From: Candidatus Iainarchaeum sp.
Lineage (GTDB): Archaea; Iainarchaeota; Iainarchaeia; Iainarchaeales; 0-14-0-20-30-16
Direction: 5' to 3'
DNA length: 32,000 bases
Assembly (NCBI GenBank): GCA_028710695.1
Contig: JAQTTP010000003.1
Span: 1-32,000, forward strand
Under the pieces are notes generated by a model. The model saw only the letters and a program-made list of their open reading frames with translations, did not search any database and was not told the DNA's origin. Position numbers and translations under genes: made by a program. This document shows, one piece after another, positions 20,324 through 27,121 of this stretch (the first letter of the stretch is position 1; every line of letters starts with the position of its first letter).

Positions 20324-20623
20324 ATGGCAAGAATAAAATTAAGTAGCCCAAATATAGAGCTATTGAACAAGATCAGCAATACTGTTATTGACATGGCTCA
20401 GAAAACGGGTATAAAGCATTCAGGAGTAATACCATTGCCTACAAAGAAAATGGTTATCCCTGTAAGAAAATCACCTTGTGGTGGTGGAACAGAATCTTAT
20501 GAAAAGTGGCAAATGAGAGTTCATAAGAGAATAATAGACATTAACTCCGATGAGAGATTGCTGAAGAGATTAATGCATTTGGAATTACCAGATGATGTGT
20601 ATATAGAAATAGAAATGAAATAG
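20324..20623 (+). CDS. rpsJ: Small ribosomal subunit protein S10 (uS10)
   Basis: MARIKLSSPNIELLNKISNTVIDMAQKTGIKHSGVIPLPTKK; VHKRIIDINSDERLLKRLMHLELPDDVYIEIEMK. Start may be ATG 20318 or 20324. Confidence 0.94.
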   Translation: MARIKLSSPNIELLNKISNTVIDMAQKTGIKHSGVIPLPTKKMVIPVRKSPCGGGTESYEKWQMRVHKRIIDINSDERLLKRLMHLELPDDVYIEIEMK

Positions 20624-20635
20624 AACTAATTAACT

Positions 20636-20654
20636 TGCAGACGTAAAGTCTGCA
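20636..20654 (+). terminator. Hairpin (7-bp stem, loop GTAAA) followed by T7, at the end of the ribosomal/EF operon
   Basis: TGCAGAC-gtaaa-GTCTGCA then ...ctcaTTTTTTT. Confidence 0.5.
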
Positions 20655-20768
20655 TAACTCCTCATTTTTTTATACCTACACAACAACAATGAATTGACAA
20701 ATTTTCTTGAATGTGTTGGTATATTTTATTTCGATAAGTTTTAAAAAAGGTGATTTATTATTATTAAT

Positions 20769-21515
20769 ATGGTAGAATTTAGTGGAATTAGATCAAAAAT
20801 GTATAAGGCTTGTTTAAAAGAATTTCCTCACGCAAGAGAAGAAGATATTGAAATTATGGAAAAATATCTTGTACCTAAAAAAGATGAAACAATTTTAGAA
20901 GTTGGTGCAGGGAGTGGGATTTTTTCTAAACCTTTAGCTAATATTGTCAAAAAATTAATTGTGTCTGATCCATCTAAAGAACAATTAGATGAAATAAAAT
21001 TATTACAATTAAAAAATATTGAATTAATTGAACAAGGCGCAGATACTTTAACATTAAAATCTGAAACTGTCAATGCAATTTGGTCTTTTGGTGCAATGCA
21101 CCATTGCTTTAACAAAACTAAAGCCTTTCAAAATTTTGCAAAAGTTTTAAAGAAAAGTGGGCGATTAGTTTTGGCAGATGTGTGGTGTGGCTCAAAATTA
21201 GCTAAGCATTTTGATACTCAAGTTGCTAAGTTTTGTGTTACTGGACACGAAGTTGCATTTTGGACTGACGAATTTGCAGAAAGCCTTTGTTTTTTAACTG
21301 GATTTGAAAAACCAAAAATTCTAGATTTACAGATTCAATGGAAGTTTAAATCAAAAAAAGATATTGGAATATTTTTGTATAAAATTCACGCAATGACTAA
21401 AACAACTCCTGAAAACTGCCTAAAAGGTGCTGAAGAAATTCTTGGAATTGAAAAAAAGAAAGGATTATATTGTTTAAATTGGCCTATGAAGATAATAGTC
21501 TCTAAAAAAATTTAG
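20769..21515 (+). CDS. Class I SAM-dependent methyltransferase (UbiE/Methyltransf_11-like)
   Basis: ETILEVGAGSGIFSKPLA motif I, LIVSDPSKEQL, AIWSFGAMHHCFNKTKAFQNFAKVLKKSGRLVLAD. Confidence 0.8.
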   Translation: MVEFSGIRSKMYKACLKEFPHAREEDIEIMEKYLVPKKDETILEVGAGSGIFSKPLANIVKKLIVSDPSKEQLDEIKLLQLKNIELIEQGADTLTLKSETVNAIWSFGAMHHCFNKTKAFQNFAKVLKKSGRLVLADVWCGSKLAKHFDTQVAKFCVTGHEVAFWTDEFAESLCFLTGFEKPKILDLQIQWKFKSKKDIGIFLYKIHAMTKTTPENCLKGAEEILGIEKKKGLYCLNWPMKIIVSKKI

Positions 21516-21529
21516 TTATTAGTGATTTT

Positions 21530-22201
21530 ATGAAAGACGGTCTTGCTTGGAATAAAAAACACTATAATGTTAGTAACTTTGAACAATATGATTTAACTCC
21601 GGCCCCATTTCTTGTAAGTAATTTGCATTACTTAAAAGAAAATAATTCTAAACTTATTTTAGATGCGGGTTGTGGACAAGGAAGAAATTTGCTTTTCTTG
21701 TTAGAAAATGGATTTGAAGTAATTGGTGTTGATGGTGCACCCAATGCATTACAAGTTGCAAGTGATCTTTTAAGATCAAAAAAAATGAAAAAATATACTT
21801 TAATTAATCAAGAATTACAAGATATTTCTAAATTAAAAAATGAAACTGTTGATGCAATTGTTAGCATAACAGTTTTAACACATATTTTTGATCCAGAAAA
21901 AGTAATTGGGGAATTTTCTAGAATATTAAAAAAAGACGGGCTACTTATTGTGGACTTTGCAACAATTAGAGATTCTACTTATGAATATATTTCTAAAGGA
22001 ACAAAATTAGGGCAAAATATGTTTTTAGAGCAAGGTACAAAAGTGAAATATATTGAAGATAAAAAAGAGATAATACCACTGTTTAAGGCCTTTGAAATAA
22101 TTTCTATTAACGAGGAATCTTTTATTGAACCAGGCCACCCTGGCTCAAGGCCTTTTGAACATGAACATAGTTCATATGTTGTTATAGCAAAAAAGAAGTG
22201 A
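21530..22201 (+). CDS. Class I SAM-dependent methyltransferase (TehB-like)
   Basis: KLILDAGCGQGRNLLFLLENGFEVIGVDGAP; VDAIVSITVLTHIFDPEKVIGEFSRILKKDGLLIVD. Confidence 0.85.
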   Translation: MKDGLAWNKKHYNVSNFEQYDLTPAPFLVSNLHYLKENNSKLILDAGCGQGRNLLFLLENGFEVIGVDGAPNALQVASDLLRSKKMKKYTLINQELQDISKLKNETVDAIVSITVLTHIFDPEKVIGEFSRILKKDGLLIVDFATIRDSTYEYISKGTKLGQNMFLEQGTKVKYIEDKKEIIPLFKAFEIISINEESFIEPGHPGSRPFEHEHSSYVVIAKKK

Positions 22202-22206
22202 TTATT

Positions 22207-23187
22207 ATGCAACTAACTCCATCTCAGGAAAAAATGCTAAAAGGCAGGCAATATGGGCTTGTGGGAAAGCAAGGCGCTGTTCAGATATGTGAATGGACCA
22301 AGAAAAGCTTGCGAGATCAGGATGACTGCTACAAAAACAAGTTCTATGGTGTGAAAACCTATTCCTGTGCACAAATAACTCCTAATGTCTTGACTTGTGA
22401 CCAGAACTGTATATTCTGTTGGCGGCCGCTTGAGATGTATAATACTAAGAAAATATCCAAGAAAGAGGCAATAAAGCCAAAAGAGCTTGTAGACAAGCTT
22501 GTTAAAGAAAGAAGGCTGCTGTTGATTGGCTTTAAAGGCTATGAAAAGGTGAACAGGAAGAAACTAACTGCTTCTATTGAGGAATTCCCTAAGCACTGGG
22601 CAATCTCCCTTTCTGGAGAGCCTACTCTTTACCCTTATCTGCCGGAGTTGGTAAAAGAGCTCAAAAAGCACAAGGTGGAGAGCATATTTGTAGTTACAAA
22701 TGGCCAGAACCCAGAAATGCTAAAGAAACTAAAGGAAAAGAAGGCTTTGCCTTCACAATTATACCTCTCTTTGGTTGCCTATGATCCCAAATCCTATGCT
22801 CAGATAAACAAAGGAGTGAGTAGAGATGGCTTTAAAGCCCTAAAGAAGAGCCTAAATCTGCTGAAAACCCTAAAAGTAAGGTCTGTAATCAGGGTTACCC
22901 TAATCAAAGGCTATAACACTGAAAAGGAGCAATTAGAGAAACTTGCGGGACTTATCGAAGGTTCTGGGGCGGATTTTGTAGAAGTAAAGGCCTATATGTG
23001 GATAGGGGATTCTAGAAAGAAGCTCGGGCAGGAAAATATGCCTTTGTTTAGTGAAATCAAGGATTACACAAAGATCTTGCTAAAGTCTTTGAAAGATTAC
23101 AAAAAAGAAAACGAATGTGAAGCATCAAGGATCATTTTGCTAAAGAATAAGAAAAGTAAATATAATACAAAATTAATTGCCCGCTAG
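22207..23187 (+). CDS. taw1: Radical SAM tRNA 4-demethylwyosine synthase-like protein (Taw1/TYW1 family)
   Basis: CDQNCIFCWRP (CxxxCxxC cluster with CW), SLSGEPTLYPYLPELV, NGQNPEMLKKL, QLYLSLVAYDPKSYAQINKGVSRDG, VEVKAYMWIGDSRKKL. Confidence 0.88.
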   Translation: MQLTPSQEKMLKGRQYGLVGKQGAVQICEWTKKSLRDQDDCYKNKFYGVKTYSCAQITPNVLTCDQNCIFCWRPLEMYNTKKISKKEAIKPKELVDKLVKERRLLLIGFKGYEKVNRKKLTASIEEFPKHWAISLSGEPTLYPYLPELVKELKKHKVESIFVVTNGQNPEMLKKLKEKKALPSQLYLSLVAYDPKSYAQINKGVSRDGFKALKKSLNLLKTLKVRSVIRVTLIKGYNTEKEQLEKLAGLIEGSGADFVEVKAYMWIGDSRKKLGQENMPLFSEIKDYTKILLKSLKDYKKENECEASRIILLKNKKSKYNTKLIAR

Positions 23188-23238
23188 TTTTTACACAATT
23201 CCCAAAGATAAATAAACCTAACTTGTGACTAGGATATA

Positions 23239-23835
23239 ATGGTTAAAAAACAGGCAGACAAAGAAACTGGATTTTTACAAGGTCTTTTGTATGGTCTAAT
23301 TCCACATGCGGGTTGTATTGCATTTGTATTGTTTTCAATATTTGGTGCTACTGCAGCAGCATCTATTTTTAGGCCATTATTATTGAAATCATATTTCTTT
23401 TATGGCCTTTTGGGCTTGTCTTTTTTATTTGCTACAATCTCAGCAATATTTTATCTTAGCAAACATAAAGCCTTATCTGCAGAAGGTGTGAAAAAAAGAT
23501 GGAAATATTTGTCAATTTTGTATGGCACAACAATTAGTATTAATTTGCTACTGTTTTTTGTAGTATTTCCTTATGCAGTAAATTTGTCTGCCCCAACAAT
23601 TCAAGTTGATAATGTTGATAATCTGAACACAGTTGTGCTTAATGTAGATATTCCTTGTTCAGGGCATGCTCCATTAATAACTACTGAACTTTATGGTTTA
23701 CAAGGCATAACTAAAGTAGATTACAGTATTCCTACTGAGTTTAAAGTGCAATTTGATTCTTCTAAAATTTCAAAAACAGAAATACTAAGTTTAGAAATAT
23801 TTAAAGAATTTAAAGCAACAGAAATAAGTTCTTGA
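23239..23835 (+). CDS. Integral membrane protein with a C-terminal heavy-metal-associated (HMA)-like domain
   Basis: Several hydrophobic helices, then VVLNVDIPCSGHAPLITTELYGLQGITKVDYSIPTEFKVQFDSSKISKTEIL, which resembles the HMA fold pattern with CxxH instead of CxxC. Confidence 0.55.
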   Translation: MVKKQADKETGFLQGLLYGLIPHAGCIAFVLFSIFGATAAASIFRPLLLKSYFFYGLLGLSFLFATISAIFYLSKHKALSAEGVKKRWKYLSILYGTTISINLLLFFVVFPYAVNLSAPTIQVDNVDNLNTVVLNVDIPCSGHAPLITTELYGLQGITKVDYSIPTEFKVQFDSSKISKTEILSLEIFKEFKATEISS

Positions 23836-23843
23836 ATAAAATA

Positions 23844-24731
23844 TTATTTTCCAAAAACTAAAGGAATTATTTTAGTATATCTTTTTTTGTCTATTCTATA
23901 TGCTAAATAATATGGGCTTAGGGAACGTATGAACAGTAAAAATTTGTTTTGAAAGTTTTTTTTGCTTTTCAAGCCATTTATTTTTTTTACTTTGTATTTG
24001 TCATTTCCGATCGGCTCTGACCAAAAATTGCAAAAATCTAATGCTCCACGCATATTATTAATACAATTTATTCTTAACCCACGTTCCCATCGTCTATTTT
24101 TAAATAACTTTTTCTGTCTTGTTTTTTCCATTTCTGTTTTTAATCTGTCGGCTATTTTTGTAGGCGTAACAATAATTTCATCTTGTTTTGTTTCATAAAA
24201 TATCATTTGTAAAATTGATCCCAAACATTCGATTACATCTACTTGTGCTAGTTGATACATTGAAGAGTTATAAGAAAAAATGTTTTTAGGTATGAACCCC
24301 CAACACTTTAATAATTTTTGGTCTAAAAAGCCATTTGAGGATGATGGGAATGGTTTGTATCTAAATCGGCCATGATAATGATCTATTCCATTGTTAATCC
24401 TAATAGTTACGGGTATTATGTCTTTGCCATTTTTTACTTTGAACGCATATTTTAAATCTTTTTTATTACGATTAAAGCCAATAAGATCTATGTCACTAGT
24501 ATCTGTGGCGCCGTTATAATCGACACTACCATATACAATTAAATCTTCGCAAATTTTTGGCTGTAAAAATAGTGTTCTTATTTCTTGAGAAATTGGCCCT
24601 AACGTTTCTTTTCTTGAACCATTAAAATTATATTTTAATATTTTGTTTGTGTAATAAAAGTCCCAAGTAAGGCCTCTGATCCTTTTGAAGCTATTTAAAA
24701 AATCTTGATGCTCATCTTGTATATTAACTAT
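23844..24731 (-). CDS. Nucleotidyltransferase (pol-beta-like NTase) domain protein, about 295 aa; extends about 157 codons upstream of the tracked 138-aa ORF
   Basis: The reverse frame is open from the TAG at 24741-24743 to the stop at 23844. Translation includes EDLIVYGSVDYNGATDTSDIDLIGFN (GS...SDxDL). No ATG/GTG/TTG occurs upstream of 24260; ATA 24731-24729 lies behind GGTG. Confidence 0.72.
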   Translation of the reverse strand: MVNIQDEHQDFLNSFKRIRGLTWDFYYTNKILKYNFNGSRKETLGPISQEIRTLFLQPKICEDLIVYGSVDYNGATDTSDIDLIGFNRNKKDLKYAFKVKNGKDIIPVTIRINNGIDHYHGRFRYKPFPSSSNGFLDQKLLKCWGFIPKNIFSYNSSMYQLAQVDVIECLGSILQMIFYETKQDEIIVTPTKIADRLKTEMEKTRQKKLFKNRRWERGLRINCINNMRGALDFCNFWSEPIGNDKYKVKKINGLKSKKNFQNKFLLFIRSLSPYYLAYRIDKKRYTKIIPLVFGK

Positions 24732-24757
24732 AAAAACACCCTAATAAATATAAAGCT

Positions 24758-25291
24758 TTATTTTTTAGTTAGCCAACTTTTATGTAAGTTTTCGTACAAT
24801 ATTTTTATTTCTTTCCAGGGAGCCGTATTCTTGTCTTCCATAAACGTTATCATTAATTTATATGCCTCTTCTTTTAATAGTTCTCCATCAATCTTTGGCC
24901 AATTATTTTTATACCAATTTTTTAGGCTGTTTTGATTTATGTTCGTAGCGCCGCCATGTGGATCTGGACAGGCAAAAACAATTCTTGAAATTCTATGGAG
25001 TACTGCAGATCCAAGGCACATTAAACAAGGCTCCAAGGTTGTAAATAACTCAATGTTTGCATGATCAGTTTTTATGCTTTTTTTAATTGCTGCGGAACAT
25101 TTTGCCATTAGTTTTGCTTCAGCATGTGATGCCCAATCCATTTTTGTAAGAATAGAATTCCTTGTTTTACCCACCACCTTGTTATTTATTACTAAAACTG
25201 CACCTACTGGATAATCGCCCTTATTTAAGGCCTGCTTTGCTTCTTTTAGGGCAATCTTCATGAATTTTGTGTCGTTAGTTGAGAATGTCAT
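24758..25291 (-). CDS. Zinc-dependent nucleoside/tRNA deaminase (CDA superfamily, TadA/guanine-deaminase-like)
   Basis: HAEAKLM zinc/Glu motif and TTLEPCLMCLGSAVLHRISRIVFACPDPHGGA (PCxxC). Confidence 0.85.
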   Translation of the reverse strand: MTFSTNDTKFMKIALKEAKQALNKGDYPVGAVLVINNKVVGKTRNSILTKMDWASHAEAKLMAKCSAAIKKSIKTDHANIELFTTLEPCLMCLGSAVLHRISRIVFACPDPHGGATNINQNSLKNWYKNNWPKIDGELLKEEAYKLMITFMEDKNTAPWKEIKILYENLHKSWLTKK

Positions 25292-25365
25292 AACAAATAT
25301 GTCTTGGATTTATATTATAAAACTAGCTTGTTAAATTGGTTCAAATAATAAAAAAAGTATAATCT

Positions 25366-25379
25366 GCCCCGAAGGGCAA
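25366..25379 (-). terminator. Terminator-like hairpin with UUCG loop downstream of the cold-shock gene
   Basis: Minus strand: TGCCC-TTCG-GGGCA, then gattatacTTTTTTT. Confidence 0.5.
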
Positions 25380-25386
25380 ATTGATC

Positions 25387-25572
25387 TTAAGCTTTAGCAA
25401 CGTTTACTGCTTTAGGGCCTTTTTCTCCCTTTTCTACATCGAAAGTAACTGCTTCATCTTTGTTTATACTTTCCTTTAATCCAGTCTGATGAACAAAGTA
25501 ATCTTTGTTATCTTCTCCAGATATAAATCCGAAACCTTTAGTTTCATTGTAAAATTTTACTACGCCATTCAT
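25387..25572 (-). CDS. cspA: Cold-shock domain protein (CspA-like), 61 aa
   Basis: MNGVVKFYNETKGFGFISGEDNKDYFVHQTGL contains RNP1 KGFGFI and RNP2-like YFVH motifs. Confidence 0.92.
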   Translation of the reverse strand: MNGVVKFYNETKGFGFISGEDNKDYFVHQTGLKESINKDEAVTFDVEKGEKGPKAVNVAKA

Positions 25573-25685
25573 TTAATTCTCCTCCGAAAAACTTTAGAAA
25601 TAGATTAACTCAATTTGAACTATTAAAATACTTCTATGATTATTGGGCAACAGTGTGCTTTTAAATGCTTTGCTTTTGTTTGTGA

Positions 25686-26507
25686 TTAGATTAGCAGTTT
25701 AGGCCAGAATAATATGATAATCCCTAATACCACCATTATTAGCCCAGTAATTAGCTTTATCCACTGCATTTGCTTCTTTGAAATTGTTTTTTCTTTGAAA
25801 GAATAGATGAACCACCCAGAAATCGCAAGTAACGGGATTACATAAATTAGGCAATATAATAGTATGTAAAGATAATGTGAGAATCCCAAAGCATTTTGTG
25901 ATAAAATTGTTGTATAAATTAATGGTAGCCCAACAGTACAAGGAATCTCAATCATAGAGGTAAATAAAGCCAATAATACACTTGCACCAATTAAACTTAG
26001 GATCGTTCCGGAAGTTATTTTGTCTTTTAATGCTTGTATCTTCCCAGTTACTTTTGCTTTGTCTTTATCTTGTATCATCAAAGTTATGCCTTTTCTGAAC
26101 CAGATAAATTCTTTCCAGTTTATTAGTCCGGCAATTATTGCAATGATTCCCACAATAATTCTTAAAATATCTACAAATCCGATAACGCTCAGAACTGTAA
26201 GCCATGCAGACATGAAAAGGAAATAAATCACAAAAACAACAATGATGAATGATAATGCAACCGCAAGCATCTTTTTTCTTGAATCTGAAACCGAAACAAG
26301 TAAGCTTAGAATCAAACCAAATACAAAAAATGTGCAAGGATTAAAACCATCTAATAGACCAACAAGAATTGTTAAAATTGGCAACGGCAATGAACCAGCA
26401 AAATTCTTTATTGAATCTTGATTTATTAAACTTAAAACTATGAATATAAGTATTATTCCAACAAGTAGGCTTAAACTAATGATTAATCTTTTTTTGTTGG
26501 GAGTCAT
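25686..26507 (-). CDS. CcdA/DsbD-like transmembrane thiol-electron transporter
   Basis: Polytopic membrane protein with one Cys in each half: LLDGFNPCTFFVFGL and SMIEIPCTVGLPLIYTTIL; adjacent to a thioredoxin-fold protein. Confidence 0.78.
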   Translation of the reverse strand: MTPNKKRLIISLSLLVGIILIFIVLSLINQDSIKNFAGSLPLPILTILVGLLDGFNPCTFFVFGLILSLLVSVSDSRKKMLAVALSFIIVVFVIYFLFMSAWLTVLSVIGFVDILRIIVGIIAIIAGLINWKEFIWFRKGITLMIQDKDKAKVTGKIQALKDKITSGTILSLIGASVLLALFTSMIEIPCTVGLPLIYTTILSQNALGFSHYLYILLYCLIYVIPLLAISGWFIYSFKEKTISKKQMQWIKLITGLIMVVLGIIILFWPKLLI

Positions 26508-26514
26508 TAAATGA

Positions 26515-26976
26515 TCACTTTTGCTCTAATGCATATTTACTTAGTGTTTCTAGTAAAGTATTTTCATCCATAAATCCAATATAAGCATCCCCGCCAATTA
26601 TTGTTGTGGGTGTATATTGGAAATCAACCATTAATGTATCTTCAATATAACTTCTTTGTTCTGATTCTGAAACATCATATTTATGGAAAACATAATTTGT
26701 GTCTTGTTCTACTTTTTCAATTGTTTTTAAAAATTCTTTACATGCTCCACAATATTTTGACTCTATAACCACAATCTTGTCTTTTATGTTTCCTGCTTCA
26801 ACATTGGCAGCAGGAATTGGGCCGTCTTTGGCTATAAAAAAAGTCTTTAACACATTACTATCAGAATTTGTGTCATTGTTGCTATTATTTGAATTGCCTG
26901 AAAGTACCATCAAAACTACTATTACTATTACTAATAAAACAAGTACAATTGTGGAGTAAAGATTCTTTTTGTCCAT
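26515..26976 (-). CDS. Membrane-anchored thioredoxin/glutaredoxin-fold protein
   Basis: N-terminal TM segment IVLVLLVIVIVVLMVL, active site ESKYCGACKEF, cis-Pro region QYTPTTIIGGDAYIGF. Confidence 0.8.
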   Translation of the reverse strand: MDKKNLYSTIVLVLLVIVIVVLMVLSGNSNNSNNDTNSDSNVLKTFFIAKDGPIPAANVEAGNIKDKIVVIESKYCGACKEFLKTIEKVEQDTNYVFHKYDVSESEQRSYIEDTLMVDFQYTPTTIIGGDAYIGFMDENTLLETLSKYALEQK

Positions 26977-26988
26977 AAAGATAACACC
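26969..26988. repeat. Copy 1 of a 20-bp direct repeat spanning the RBS and first codons of the thioredoxin gene
   Basis: ttgtccataaagataacacc, identical to 27037-27056. Confidence 0.85.
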
Positions 26989-26990
26989 CT

Positions 26991-27044
26991 TTATTTATGG
27001 GCCTGAAACAATTTGCCTTTTTTGTAAATTGCTTTCTTGTCCAT
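26991..27044 (-). CDS. Possible 17-aa leader/mini-ORF MDKKAIYKKGKLFQAHK, or decayed 5' duplicate
   Basis: ATG preceded by the same GGTGTTATCTTT as the downstream gene; TAA stop lies just before the next GGTG. Confidence 0.3.
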   Translation of the reverse strand: MDKKAIYKKGKLFQAHK

Positions 27045-27056
27045 AAAGATAACACC
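27037..27056. repeat. Copy 2 of the 20-bp direct repeat
   Basis: ttgtccataaagataacacc, 68 bp from copy 1. Confidence 0.85.
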
Positions 27057-27121
27057 TATGGTTTATTAAAAGCTCAACATGTTTAAAAATATATCTCTGT
27101 ACTGTGCAAATTAGGGGGGAA

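Noticed and set aside
8896-20394. Antisense and out-of-frame ORFs within the RNAP, ribosomal and EF genes (e.g. 11929-12282, 13414-13749, 17576-18124)
   Set aside because: They overlap highly conserved housekeeping genes; the alternate frames show no recognisable motifs and are explained by composition.
23962-24198. 78-aa + strand ORF over the NTase gene
   Set aside because: It is the complement of the extended minus-strand reading frame, which has a recognisable domain.
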